Assembly (NCBI GenBank): GCA_002811645.1 | Contig: PDIP01000117.1 | Location: forward strand, 1 to 37,319 | Length of the DNA stretch: 37,319 bases | Source: Corallochytrium limacisporum Hawaii | Taxonomy: Eukaryota > Protista > Pluriformea | Direction of reading: 5' to 3' | Part shown: piece after piece, positions 22,107 through 32,096 of the stretch | Numbering within the stretch: the first letter of the stretch is position 1 | Layout of the letters: each line of letters starts with the position of its first letter | Notes under the pieces: generated by a model | What the model was told of the DNA's origin: nothing | Database searches by the model: none | The model's input: the letters and a program-made list of their open reading frames with translations, nothing else | Program-made: the position numbers and the translations under genes

Positions 22107-25100
22107 TTATGACTGAGACGCATGCTGCGACTGTGACGCCGGGGACGGAGAGCTCGCAGATGGCGTAGCCTTCATGGCTTCTGCCCGAGCTTTCTTCATC
22201 CATGGACTGTCCTGGTTCCAATGTGCAGAAGATGTTCGTTTGCGAGTCCGCAGCCGCCTGACGGCGGGGCTGTGGCCCTCGAATAAATGTGAGGCATCGA
22301 GGACCTGGGGCATTTGTGTGCCAAACAGTGTCTCCGGGTCAAACTTGGCAACGCGTTGGTTCCGGATAGCCTGTCGAATGGCAGCACTGCGGGCCCATTT
22401 GGGAATGTCCTTGGACGCACGCTTGTGGCGGCGATCGTCATCGCTGTCGGACTCATCGCTGGAGTCGGACAGGACGTAGCTGCTGTGTTCTTCGGCGGTG
22501 GCAGAAGCAGTGGCGGCGGCGGTCTTGGAGGCAGCCTTCGATGACGCCAAGGCGCCGGCAGAGGCCAAGGTTTTGGCAACTGAATTCAGCGGCTTCATTG
22601 TGCCCGATGCACCGACGTTCTGTGTAGACTTCTTGAGCATGGCTGTACGGAGCGACTGGCGCTTCTTCGCGGAGGTTCCGGCCTGAGGTGTGCGAGCAGG
22701 TGCCTTCGGCGCCTTGGGCGTCTTGTCTGGATCGACGGCAGTGGAAGCGGCAGGAGTTGCTGGGGCAGCTCTCTGTGCCTTAGACGCTGGCTGTACGTTC
22801 TCCTTGTCCACGGCTGTCTTAGCGACTGGGCCAGCACTGGTTGTCTTGACCTGCTGTTGCTGCTGGTGGTCCTGAGTCTTCTTGCCGTGAATGGTTCCAG
22901 TCGCTGTAGCCTTTGCGGGCTTAGGCATGGCAGTATCCTTGCCGGAGGCAGAGGTCTGTGACGATGGTACGGCAGTAGCGGTAGCCTTGCTTGCGGGTTG
23001 CGATTTTACCGACCTTGTGGCAGCTGACCGCTCCACAATAGGCGGCTTGCCCACGGGTACACCGCGCTCCCGGGCCTGCTCTCGTTCCCTCCGCAGCTTC
23101 TCCATTCGTTCCTTGCGTTGGCGTTCCTTTTCCTGTTCCAAGTGCTTCTTCTTCTCTGCCTTCACCAAAGCTGCAATCTTTAGTCCTGGCTTCTTGGTCG
23201 CGGCTCCAGAAGCCGGCGCGGTGGACTTGGCAGTGATTGCACTGGTCGTACCGCTCTTGCCAGCGGTGGGCTTGGCCAGTCCGGGACGGACAACAGTCTT
23301 CGTGCGCAAGCCCGTGGCATGCGCAGCAACCTTTGCAGCGGCCACGCGAGGCGACTTTCGCGTCCTGGAGGCGGACACAGCAGCAGGTGATACTCCCTCA
23401 GCCACATCCCTGCCGGCTGGGACTGCTAATATTTCCTCCTTTGTCTTCTCGGTCGTCAGGCTCTCCTCCTCTTTCTCCGCTCCGTCTTCGGCGTCCCCTT
23501 CCGTAACCACGGCCTGATCTTGGATAAGGTTTGAGTAGTCCTGTACCTTTTCGTCCTCATCTTCGTCTTCGTCCTCTTCCAAATCCATCTCCTGGGTTTC
23601 GTCATCGTCTTCCACAATCTGTCGATTGGCGACAGGGATCTGTTCTTCGCTCTTCGCATCCATAGAAGCCACTTCTTCCTCCGCTCTTGGAGTAGTAGCG
23701 GCAGTGGCAGATGTCATGGTCGGCTTTACCTCTACTGTACTCTCGGCCACAGCGTCACTTTCCCGTACAATATCCTGCAACTGGTCAGTGTCGAGCTTTT
23801 CAATCTCTTCCTTGGGCGGTTGAGATTCTGCCTCGTCGTTGACGGGTTTGACTGCCTCCACCGGTGGTACTGCTGCTTCTGGAGCTGGTTGCTTGGATTC
23901 CTCTGTCTCTTTAACTGGACCCTTCACTTCAGCAACGGGAATATCTGCGCTGGGAGCAGAGTCCGTGACCACAGCGGCTAGAGGGGTAGACTTGGCAGTC
24001 TGTTTGACTTTGGTTGGGTTTCTCTTGGCGGCAGCGACCTTGAAGAAAGCTGGCGTGCCGGGGGAGTCCACTGCGGGAGGAGTGTTGCGCTTGAAAACTG
24101 AAGCTGCAGACTTGACCAGTTTGGGCTTCTTTACGGTGGCAGGTTCACCATCCGTACTCTGTACGGATTTAACCGAGGTGATCACTTCCACTGCTTCCGG
24201 CTCCTTAACTTCGGCAGGTTCCACTGGGACTGGAGTGGTTCCACCAAGAGCCGCAACGACGGCATCAGCAGCAGCCTTGGCAGTGGCCTCCCTAGGCGAT
24301 TCCGTTCGTTCTTCCTCTCCGGTGTAGCCGGCTTCTGCAATCGCAGCTGCTGCAGCGGCAGCAGCAGCAGCAGCCGCCGCCGCCTCTGCATCCCTTTCTT
24401 TCTTTGTCTTGCGACCGCCGCGACGTTTTGGTTTCGGAGTCGGTTCAGAAGCAGCTTGTTCCACAGGCGTCGCCTCCACAGCCGGTGTGGGTTCGGGGAC
24501 AACCTGTGGTGGCTCTTCCGCAGTCTTTTGCTCCGTGATCTTCTCCACTGCTGCAGGGACTACCGTGACTTTCTGCTCCTGTTCTGTTGTCTCTTGCGCA
24601 ACACCCGTTGACTTGGTCGAATTGTTGTCGTTGTTCTGTGTCTTTTTCGTTCTTGGCTGTCGGGTCGTCTTTCTTACAGTACGGACCACTGGCTCGGGGT
24701 TCGTAGGCGTGGCTTCGTTGTCGTCTAGCTCCATGCGTGGGGGCGGCGGTGGTGTCTCAATGGCATTGAAATTGTAGTTTAGTTTCTTGAGATCTTTGGT
24801 CTCTTCGTTCACGTGCACACTGTGAATCCTCTGCTCTGCCTTGCGTGCGGCTGCTCGAGGCGCACGGCGTCGCGCCCCCAAATCCACTGGATGCATTTCC
24901 GCGTCCTTCTTCCGCTTCCGTGTTGCTTTAGGTTTCTTAGCACTCTCTTTAGTTGTCCTATCGGACGCTTTCTGCGACTTCTTGATCTCTTTGATCTCTT
25001 TTTCACTGGCAGCAACTACTGTGGCACGCTTGCTGGTCTGCATCATTACTGTACCCCGGCGTGTTGTACGGACCATATCGGTGTCTATATCCATGGAATC

Positions 25101-25391
25101 TTCGGACTGTGGGGATGCAGTCGTCGAGGAGACCACCGAAGACGGCGTCGACTTCACAGAGGTGTTTTGATTAGCCTTTTTCAGGGCGCGATCTATTTTC
25201 TTTGCATGCCTGCAGAACTTTTCGAGCCATTGCATGTGTTCCCTTAGTTCACGTTCTGCATAGAATTTGACAAAAGCACCGCCGTTGTTATCGTTGATCT
25301 CGATGCCATCTTCAGTGGCATATTTCATCAGCGCCTTTGTGATGCGGCCAGAGGCCTCAACCTTGGCCTTAGCTGTCTGACGGCGAGGCAT
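22107..25391 (-). CDS. INCENP: Inner centromere protein (chromosomal passenger complex scaffold)
   Basis: Likely start MPRRQ (ATG at 25391). C-terminal IN-box SYVLSDSSDESDSDDD...IPKWARS...DPETLFG...LDASHLF...RKRTSSAHW contains the TSS motif. N-terminal helix ELREHMQWLEKF, long disordered middle and a short charged helix (KEKKK...REQARER region). Confidence 0.85.
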   Translation of the reverse strand: MPRRQTAKAKVEASGRITKALMKYATEDGIEINDNNGGAFVKFYAERELREHMQWLEKFCRHAKKIDRALKKANQNTSVKSTPSSVVSSTTASPQSEDSMDIDTDMVRTTRRGTVMMQTSKRATVVAASEKEIKEIKKSQKASDRTTKESAKKPKATRKRKKDAEMHPVDLGARRRAPRAAARKAEQRIHSVHVNEETKDLKKLNYNFNAIETPPPPPRMELDDNEATPTNPEPVVRTVRKTTRQPRTKKTQNNDNNSTKSTGVAQETTEQEQKVTVVPAAVEKITEQKTAEEPPQVVPEPTPAVEATPVEQAASEPTPKPKRRGGRKTKKERDAEAAAAAAAAAAAAAAIAEAGYTGEEERTESPREATAKAAADAVVAALGGTTPVPVEPAEVKEPEAVEVITSVKSVQSTDGEPATVKKPKLVKSAASVFKRNTPPAVDSPGTPAFFKVAAAKRNPTKVKQTAKSTPLAAVVTDSAPSADIPVAEVKGPVKETEESKQPAPEAAVPPVEAVKPVNDEAESQPPKEEIEKLDTDQLQDIVRESDAVAESTVEVKPTMTSATAATTPRAEEEVASMDAKSEEQIPVANRQIVEDDDETQEMDLEEDEDEDEDEKVQDYSNLIQDQAVVTEGDAEDGAEKEEESLTTEKTKEEILAVPAGRDVAEGVSPAAVSASRTRKSPRVAAAKVAAHATGLRTKTVVRPGLAKPTAGKSGTTSAITAKSTAPASGAATKKPGLKIAALVKAEKKKHLEQEKERQRKERMEKLRREREQARERGVPVGKPPIVERSAATRSVKSQPASKATATAVPSSQTSASGKDTAMPKPAKATATGTIHGKKTQDHQQQQQVKTTSAGPVAKTAVDKENVQPASKAQRAAPATPAASTAVDPDKTPKAPKAPARTPQAGTSAKKRQSLRTAMLKKSTQNVGASGTMKPLNSVAKTLASAGALASSKAASKTAAATASATAEEHSSYVLSDSSDESDSDDDRRHKRASKDIPKWARSAAIRQAIRNQRVAKFDPETLFGTQMPQVLDASHLFEGHSPAVRRLRTRKRTSSAHWNQDSPWMKKARAEAMKATPSASSPSPASQSQHASQS

Positions 25392-26250
25392 GGTAAACAA
25401 ACCAGTTTGTTTCTTGAATTTGCTAATTTTCACAATTCAATTTCCCATGATCCTTACCACGATCGCGAGTGGGAGAAGTGTATTTACTTTACAAGGAATA
25501 TGTAGTGAAAATTATGCGGTTCTGCTCCCGTCCGAACACAATGCAATCCTTCCAGTTTCATAGCGAACTCCAAGACATTGATTTCAAATAGGCGCAAAGT
25601 AAGTCTCATAGAGCATACTTATCAAGAGATCGACTCCAAAGTGGGAGCATAAAAATCGAAGTCACACAAGAAGAACAGCAACATTCCGGTTGAGACCAGT
25701 CGGTCAGTGTCGAAGGCCTCATATCGAAGCGAACAGTGCCAGTGGTCAGCTCCCAACCAACACAAAGAACGGTTCGAACTTTTCCCGCCACAAAATTTTG
25801 CGCGCGTGGGATAGTGAATGTACCGGTGAAAACCGTACCGCACATCCAGCCGGGAGATTAAAATGGGACGAGAAGGGGGGTCTCGCCCGGTTGAAATATT
25901 GCGCGCCTCCCCTGATTCCCTGTCGTAAGCTGCCATAGCGGATAACGGGACTCCCCCTTTCCAGTTTTTTTTTCTCCCGTGCTCGTTATCGCAATTATCT
26001 TAGGGGCCTAATTTTCGCGGACGACCAAGAGGAGAAGGGGTCAATTTAATTACTGTGCTGTGAGGGTGGGTCAATCGGTGGCTGGGGCAAGGACTGCGGT
26101 ATCCTCATTTTCAACACCGCATTATTGATGCCTCGATCATAACGCAGTTTGTGGGTATAAGAGGAAAGACTTTGTATCGGTCTGACTCGCAGTCAAAGTA
26201 ATGTGATAAGAATGAATTTTATCAAGGGGCCTATATTGGACGCTACAGCC

Positions 26251-26910
26251 ATGTCACCACCAGAGCGCCGCGAACTCTTCGTTGAGGTGAACGAATTTGA
26301 TCCAGAAGAAGCGAAGATGAGCCAGTTGGATCGAATGTGCAGTGGACGACTGTACGATTGTAGAACCAAGTCTTTGATCGACCTTCGAACCAAGGCACGC
26401 GGTTTTCAGCACGAATTTAATTCATTGCATCCAAGTGAGAGGGAAAGCGGATACGACATCTTGCGGAAGCTCTTTGGAAAATGTGACCCCACGACCTGGA
26501 TTGAACCTCCGTTCCACTGTGACTATGGGTTCAATATTACCGTCGGTAAGGATTTTTTCATGAATTTCAATGGCACAATTCTTGATGGCGCTCGAGTAGA
26601 GATTGGTGACCAGTTCCTTGCTGGACCAGACGTGAAGATCATTGCCGCGACCCATCCTACAGACCCAGCCATACGGGCCAGCGGACTCGAGTTCGCTAAA
26701 CCTGTCACAATTGGGAACAATGTCTGGGTCGGGGCAGGTGCCATCATCCTTCCGGGAGTTACAGTTGGTGACAATGCAGTGATCGGAGCCGGAGCCGTTG
26801 TTACAAAGAACGTCCCTGACCGGACCATCGTTGCCGGGAATCCGGCGCGGATCATTCGTGAGATCACTGCTGAAGAGTCTCGCGGTACTAAGGCCAATGC
26901 AGAATACTGA
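26251..26910 (+). CDS. maa: Maltose/galactoside O-acetyltransferase (Maa/LacA family, hexapeptide left-handed beta-helix)
   Basis: Motifs RMCSGRLY, IEPPFHCDYGFNI, NFNGTILD, ATHP, PVTIGNNVWVGAGAIILPGVTVGDNAVIGAGAVVTKNVP and GNPARIIR. The start is uncertain: in-frame ATGs at 26212, 26251 and 26317. Confidence 0.9.
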   Translation: MSPPERRELFVEVNEFDPEEAKMSQLDRMCSGRLYDCRTKSLIDLRTKARGFQHEFNSLHPSERESGYDILRKLFGKCDPTTWIEPPFHCDYGFNITVGKDFFMNFNGTILDGARVEIGDQFLAGPDVKIIAATHPTDPAIRASGLEFAKPVTIGNNVWVGAGAIILPGVTVGDNAVIGAGAVVTKNVPDRTIVAGNPARIIREITAEESRGTKANAEY

Positions 26911-27341
26911 CCACCGGGTTCGCACACCATCGTGTATCAATAGTCACAAGAATCATCCAAAAGCGCCACCCGTGTATCAAGTGAAAGGCGCATCTGTACC
27001 ATCAAATACACATTCAGCTCTCCTTTGATGCAACCCCTTAGTGTTCTCATAGATCTTGTAATTTGCATTAAAGAGCAGGTTCGCAGTCTACCCGCCCCGC
27101 CCCGGGAAAGGGGGTGGGGCGTCCGAACGACCCGTACAGCTTGAGAAAGCTGCCAGTATGGAGTCATGAGGTACTTTTGGGGCCGGAGGTTGAGGCAGGA
27201 ACGCTGGCGACCGCTTCCCTCGGTGTCAGGAGCAAGCGATTATTAGTTTAAGACAGATGAGGTAAAGGCATGACAACCATGTGTTGTAGGGGATAGCACT
27301 ATGGTGCATCGAAAATGTTCTTGCCCATGCGTTGAGGACTG

Positions 27342-28652
27342 ATGGCGAACTTTGTTCGAAAGTTGGTAAGCCGGAAAAAGCTCCGGTTTAAACAGGATGG
27401 ATACAATCTTGACTTGGCTTATATTACCAACAGAATCATTGCTATGGGAGCACCATCAGAAAGTGTGGAAGGGATGTATAGAAATCCCATGAAACAAGTG
27501 GTTAGCTTCCTCGAGGGACGTCACCATGACCACTATTGGGTGTACAATCTATGCTCAGAACGGAGCTACGACCATAGTTATTTCCAAGATCGGGTTTCGC
27601 GCCATCCTTTCGATGACCACAACGTCCCTCCTTTCCAGCTTCTGGAGATTATTTGCCGGGAAATTCGAATTTGGATCGACGCCGATCCAGACAACGTCGC
27701 GGCGATTCATTGCAAGGCCGGCAAGGGCCGCACAGGTGTAGTAGTGTGCTGTTTGCTGATGGACTCGCGAGAGACCGGCGATGCCGACGAATCGTTGCTC
27801 TTCTATGGCCACACGCGGACCCAAGACGGCAAGGGGGTGACCATCCCTTCGCAACGCCGGTACGTGCGCTACTACGCTGCTATGCTGGCAAGCGCGAGGG
27901 AAAAATACGGAAGGGATCAAGACTACGAGAACATGCGTAAGGAGAACCAGCTGCTCTCGCGTCGATTCACCGGTAGAACGCGGTATCTAGAGCGCTTGCG
28001 GATCTTGGGATGCACCGCCAAACAGCTGCTGGCGGCCACGGAGGTGCAGATCATGATTCTGTCTCACCATACCGATGGTAGAGCATTCTCGACCGGATGG
28101 ATCACCCTCCCAAGTGACGAGATGAAAGCACAGGACGTTGTGGAATTGGATTTCCGGGAAATGGATGCGGTCATACTCACGGATGATGCCAAATTGATGG
28201 TCCAGACCCGGGCCAGTTCCCGTGAGAGAGGAAAAGATCTGTTCCACTTTTGGTTCAATGTCAATTTCCTGTTTCTCAACGCCATCTCCACAGCGGATCA
28301 CCAGGACATTATCTTTCTGTTCGAAAAGTCGGAACTGGACGGACCGCACAAAGACAAGAAACACAAAAGGTTCCCTGAGCATTTCGCCTGTGAGTTGACG
28401 CTGACGGCACAGACACAGAAACAGTCTTCTAGTGATGGCGTGGTGATCGAGGACCGCCGCTCTCTTGGGACACAGCTGTTGGTAGAGGCACTCAGCCCAG
28501 TGGATGTGGGGGAGACCGTTGATGGGGCGGCTGGGACAAGCATGCTCAGTTTTGGGGAAGATGAGGAACGATGTGATCTTACGGGTGATATTAGCGAGAC
28601 CGATGACAGTAATGCTTTAACGAATGTTTCTTCAGCTGCGGACAGCCTTTGA
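27342..28652 (+). CDS. PTEN: PTEN phosphatidylinositol-3-phosphatase
   Basis: N-terminal VSRKKLRFKQDGYNLDLAYIT, PFDDHN loop, P-loop HCKAGKGRTG, TI loop GVTIPSQRRY, C2-domain FHFWFN and KSELDGPHKDKKHKRF, and an acidic tail. Confidence 0.95.
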   Translation: MANFVRKLVSRKKLRFKQDGYNLDLAYITNRIIAMGAPSESVEGMYRNPMKQVVSFLEGRHHDHYWVYNLCSERSYDHSYFQDRVSRHPFDDHNVPPFQLLEIICREIRIWIDADPDNVAAIHCKAGKGRTGVVVCCLLMDSRETGDADESLLFYGHTRTQDGKGVTIPSQRRYVRYYAAMLASAREKYGRDQDYENMRKENQLLSRRFTGRTRYLERLRILGCTAKQLLAATEVQIMILSHHTDGRAFSTGWITLPSDEMKAQDVVELDFREMDAVILTDDAKLMVQTRASSRERGKDLFHFWFNVNFLFLNAISTADHQDIIFLFEKSELDGPHKDKKHKRFPEHFACELTLTAQTQKQSSSDGVVIEDRRSLGTQLLVEALSPVDVGETVDGAAGTSMLSFGEDEERCDLTGDISETDDSNALTNVSSAADSL

Positions 28653-28682
28653 CAATCTTAATTAAATTTACAGTCCATATGT

Positions 28683-30686
28683 CTAGAATCGCTTGACTCC
28701 AGAGTACATTGGCGGATCGTCCGGCATGATGGCTGCCTTGTCGACCATGGTGCCTGGACCTCTGCGTGCGCGCCCGGAAGCAGCAATGTTCAGGAGATGT
28801 ATCAAGTTTTCCCGTGTCTCTTCGGGAAGCACAACCATGTCTGTCCGCAGATGTGCTGATGCCCAGAACAGCGGGTCGTCAGCATCAGTCGCGAATGTGG
28901 CCACATCTCGCCCCTCGACGTCGAAGGGCCATTGCAAAACAGCGTCGGGGTTCACTGTCAAGCCCCCTAGGCCGTTCAGCGTCACTATTTCGCCAAAATC
29001 ACCGCCAGTGAAGGACGGAACAGTAGCAGTGTCAGAGTCGTTGGCGTTCTCGACCGGCACACCAGCATGTTTCGGTGGTGCTCCGGCCATGATTGTAAAC
29101 TGCGGAACCGTGAGTACGCTACGGGCCGTCATCAACGCCGCTGCAGCCTTCGGCAGCTTCACCGCTTCATCTAAGGTGGTCCGATCGACGGTCAATGGAC
29201 GGTCATCGCCAGCAGTGTTCTCAAATTCATTCCAGCGTCGCTGGGTATCTGCTGCGGCCTCCCTGTCCGCGACACTGAACATAACACTCACTACAGGCAG
29301 CTGCCGCTGCTCACAGAGCTCTAAAAATTGCGCGCCCTTGAGCATGCTGGACGTGTCCAGCCAAGGGCACTGGTTACCCATCATCCCAACCAACCGACCA
29401 CCGATCCGTCCAAAGCCGCAGACCAGTCGCTGACAGCCATATCGCTCCTTATACTCATGCAGCCGGCTACCATCCAGAATCCGGGCGGCAATGGCACGAA
29501 CATCAAGCGCCGTCTGGGTCTGGTGCGGTGCTAGCGAGGCGAGCTCGGATGCCGGGTACGCAGGTTCTTCGAATGTTGTGGCAACACCACCCTCTACGGC
29601 CGTCGATGACTCGCTGCTTCCGTACATGGCAGGTACATCTGCTTCACCCGGAGCGTTCGGACCAAAATGACTGACCATCTGCCGCACCATGGCAAGCGCG
29701 TCCTCCTCACTCTCTGCCAAATGATCTATAACACCGCTGGTGGTGGTGTGCATCATGCCGCCACCGAGATCCTCGGCACTAACCTTCTCACCGGTTGCGG
29801 CCTGCACCAAAGGCGGGCCAGCCAGGAACACAGTGCCCACATTGCGCACAATGACGCACTCGTCGCTCATAGTCGGTACATAGGCGCCCCCTGCGGTTGA
29901 TGATCCAAGAACACACGCAATCTGCGGAACTCCTGCCTTGGACAACTGGCACTGAAGGTAGAAGATCCTTCCGAAGTGGTCCTTGTCTGCGAACGCGCCA
30001 CTCTGCAGCGGCAAATAGCCACCTCCGGAATCGACGAGGAAGACAATGGGAATACCCAGGCCCAAGCTGCGGTACATAGCCCTGACATGCTTCCAAGAAG
30101 TCACGGGAAAGTATGTACCGCCCTTCACACTCGGATCGTTTGCGAGGACCTGCGTCCAGCGGCCTCCGACTTTACCGATACCGATCACCATGCCTGCGGC
30201 TGGTACCCACTGTTGGTTCATAGGAGGTGGCTTGGGTTCGCCCTTGGCTTCGGCTTCTGCGCACATCTTCTTGTACTTACCCTTTGCTCCCAGTTCTTCG
30301 TACATACCATGAGCTGCAAATTCATTAAACTCCAAAAACGGAGATCCCTCATCCAGGACCCGGAATACGCGCTCTCGGGCTGGCAGCTTGCCCTGCTTCA
30401 TCACCCGCTGACGTGCTTTGGGCCCGCCGCCCTCAGCTACCCTGCTACGCATGTCCCGGATCCGTACACCGTAGTCCTCCTGCTCGGCCCGACTCTTCGC
30501 ACGGTCGTCATCAGTGATCTGTGCAACAGTGGGCGCGAGGATACCACCAGGAAGGACAGGAGAAATGATCTGTGTTGGTTGAGCTGCGTAAGAGCGACAT
30601 GGTCTCACGACAGGCATCAGTCTGTACTGATGGACACCACTGCCGCTTCTCAACAGGTGCCGTAGGTTCGCTGGCAGCCACTTCAT
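28683..30686 (-). CDS. Acyl-CoA carboxylase carboxyltransferase (MCC-beta/AtuC family) with divergent C-terminal half; probable mitochondrial presequence
   Basis: Likely start MKWLPANLRHLLRS...RPCRSY (ATG at 30686). N-domain motifs GKLPARERV, ANDPSVKGGTYFP, LVDSGG, DKDHFGRIFY, GSSTAGGAYVPTMSDE, FLAGPPLVQAATGE and EDLGGGMMH. The C-domain aligns only patchily. Confidence 0.88.
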   Translation of the reverse strand: MKWLPANLRHLLRSGSGVHQYRLMPVVRPCRSYAAQPTQIISPVLPGGILAPTVAQITDDDRAKSRAEQEDYGVRIRDMRSRVAEGGGPKARQRVMKQGKLPARERVFRVLDEGSPFLEFNEFAAHGMYEELGAKGKYKKMCAEAEAKGEPKPPPMNQQWVPAAGMVIGIGKVGGRWTQVLANDPSVKGGTYFPVTSWKHVRAMYRSLGLGIPIVFLVDSGGGYLPLQSGAFADKDHFGRIFYLQCQLSKAGVPQIACVLGSSTAGGAYVPTMSDECVIVRNVGTVFLAGPPLVQAATGEKVSAEDLGGGMMHTTTSGVIDHLAESEEDALAMVRQMVSHFGPNAPGEADVPAMYGSSESSTAVEGGVATTFEEPAYPASELASLAPHQTQTALDVRAIAARILDGSRLHEYKERYGCQRLVCGFGRIGGRLVGMMGNQCPWLDTSSMLKGAQFLELCEQRQLPVVSVMFSVADREAAADTQRRWNEFENTAGDDRPLTVDRTTLDEAVKLPKAAAALMTARSVLTVPQFTIMAGAPPKHAGVPVENANDSDTATVPSFTGGDFGEIVTLNGLGGLTVNPDAVLQWPFDVEGRDVATFATDADDPLFWASAHLRTDMVVLPEETRENLIHLLNIAASGRARRGPGTMVDKAAIMPDDPPMYSGVKRF

Positions 30687-31347
30687 GGCTGTTCTCCCCA
30701 GTGAGTTGCATTCGATTGAACCATTGCCAAAACAGCGGTGAAGTTGGTGTTTATCGTGACCAGATCCCTTCACATACCAATCATCCAACTGACCAGCGTC
30801 AGTGTGCTCACCAGCCACCATGTAGAAGCAGCCATAGTCTGCACACACCACACCCACCCACCAAACACCGACTAGTGAACACTCATCCCATTGCACAAAC
30901 TGCACACAGATTTCGCTCCACTGCCCTCTCCTTTTCCCAATGTTGCTACCTACACACTCCGGTAGGTTATGTATATGGCTGAACTGGCCATGTATGCAGG
31001 ACACGCCGTGCGTTTTGTCCTTTCGTGACGTCCGTACGGGGCCTCAACTTTATCATCTGCCTGTCCACACGATAAAATTAGACACGGACAACTGTGTGTT
31101 CAGTTTCTTTGCTTCACCTCGCTTGGGAGAGTGTTGCTTTGTGGAGCAAAATGCCTTTTCGTTGTTGCATCTTGCGTCCTGCGGTTGATTAAGTTCACAA
31201 GGGGGTGGGGGCGGGAGGGAGGGGAGCTGGAGACTGAAGATCTAATAATAGCCTGCAGGACCACCAAGCAGGAAAAGCTGCGGAGGGGACGGGAAGAGGG
31301 GAAGGGAGGAGGGCCCCCGGGGGGAGGAAGGGGGGGGGGGGGTTGCG

Positions 31348-31596
31348 NNNNNNNNNNNNNNNNNNNNNNNNNNNNNNNNNNNNNNNNNNNNNNNNNNNNN
31401 NNNNNNNNNNNNNNNNNNNNNNNNNNNNNNNNNNNNNNNNNNNNNNNNNNNNNNNNNNNNNNNNNNNNNNNNNNNNNNNNNNNNNNNNNNNNNNNNNNNN
31501 NNNNNNNNNNNNNNNNNNNNNNNNNNNNNNNNNNNNNNNNNNNNNNNNNNNNNNNNNNNNNNNNNNNNNNNNNNNNNNNNNNNNNNNNNNNNNNNN
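31348..31596. other. Assembly gap (249 N)
   Basis: Run of N preceded by G-rich low-complexity sequence. Confidence 1.
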
Positions 31597-32096
31597 GTTT
31601 CAAACTTGCGCAGTTGCAGGGGAAAAATTCTTGGGACGGGAGCGAGAGGAAGCGGGGATAGTGCCGGTTGGCTGACACCGCGGCCACTGTGTACCCAAGG
31701 CAGGAGGGGTTGTGGGCCGGGCCCACAAGAAATTAGAGAATTCTGTTGGGCACGGGTTTAAAGGCATACCGTCCTAACGTTTGGGAGCCGAGGCATGCTT
31801 TGTGTTTTCAGTGTTTTTGTTTTAGGCATCAAGAGCAAAGGATGAGAGGAACTCTCCGTGTGTAGGTGACTCACGTGAGACTATAAGTCAATAAACTTTG
31901 TGACAAAGCTACGTGAAGCACGCTTGGGACTCGGTAACATGACACAGTGCTGGCAAGATCGAACAGACAGGATCAAGGGTAAGGACAAAGGAGTACACCC
32001 GACACGCACACAGAGGAACGGCAGATGTAAGATAACCATCCCTTTCAAGTTACGGATCCAAGAGCGTACGTTGATCCTTCACACTTCTCCAATTTG

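Noticed and set aside
30687-31004. ORF-track N-terminal extensions of the carboxyltransferase (also kinase 19645-19791 and INCENP 25392-25433)
   Set aside because: They start at non-ATG codons and look like UTR sequence; downstream ATGs give sensible targeting or myristoylation signals.
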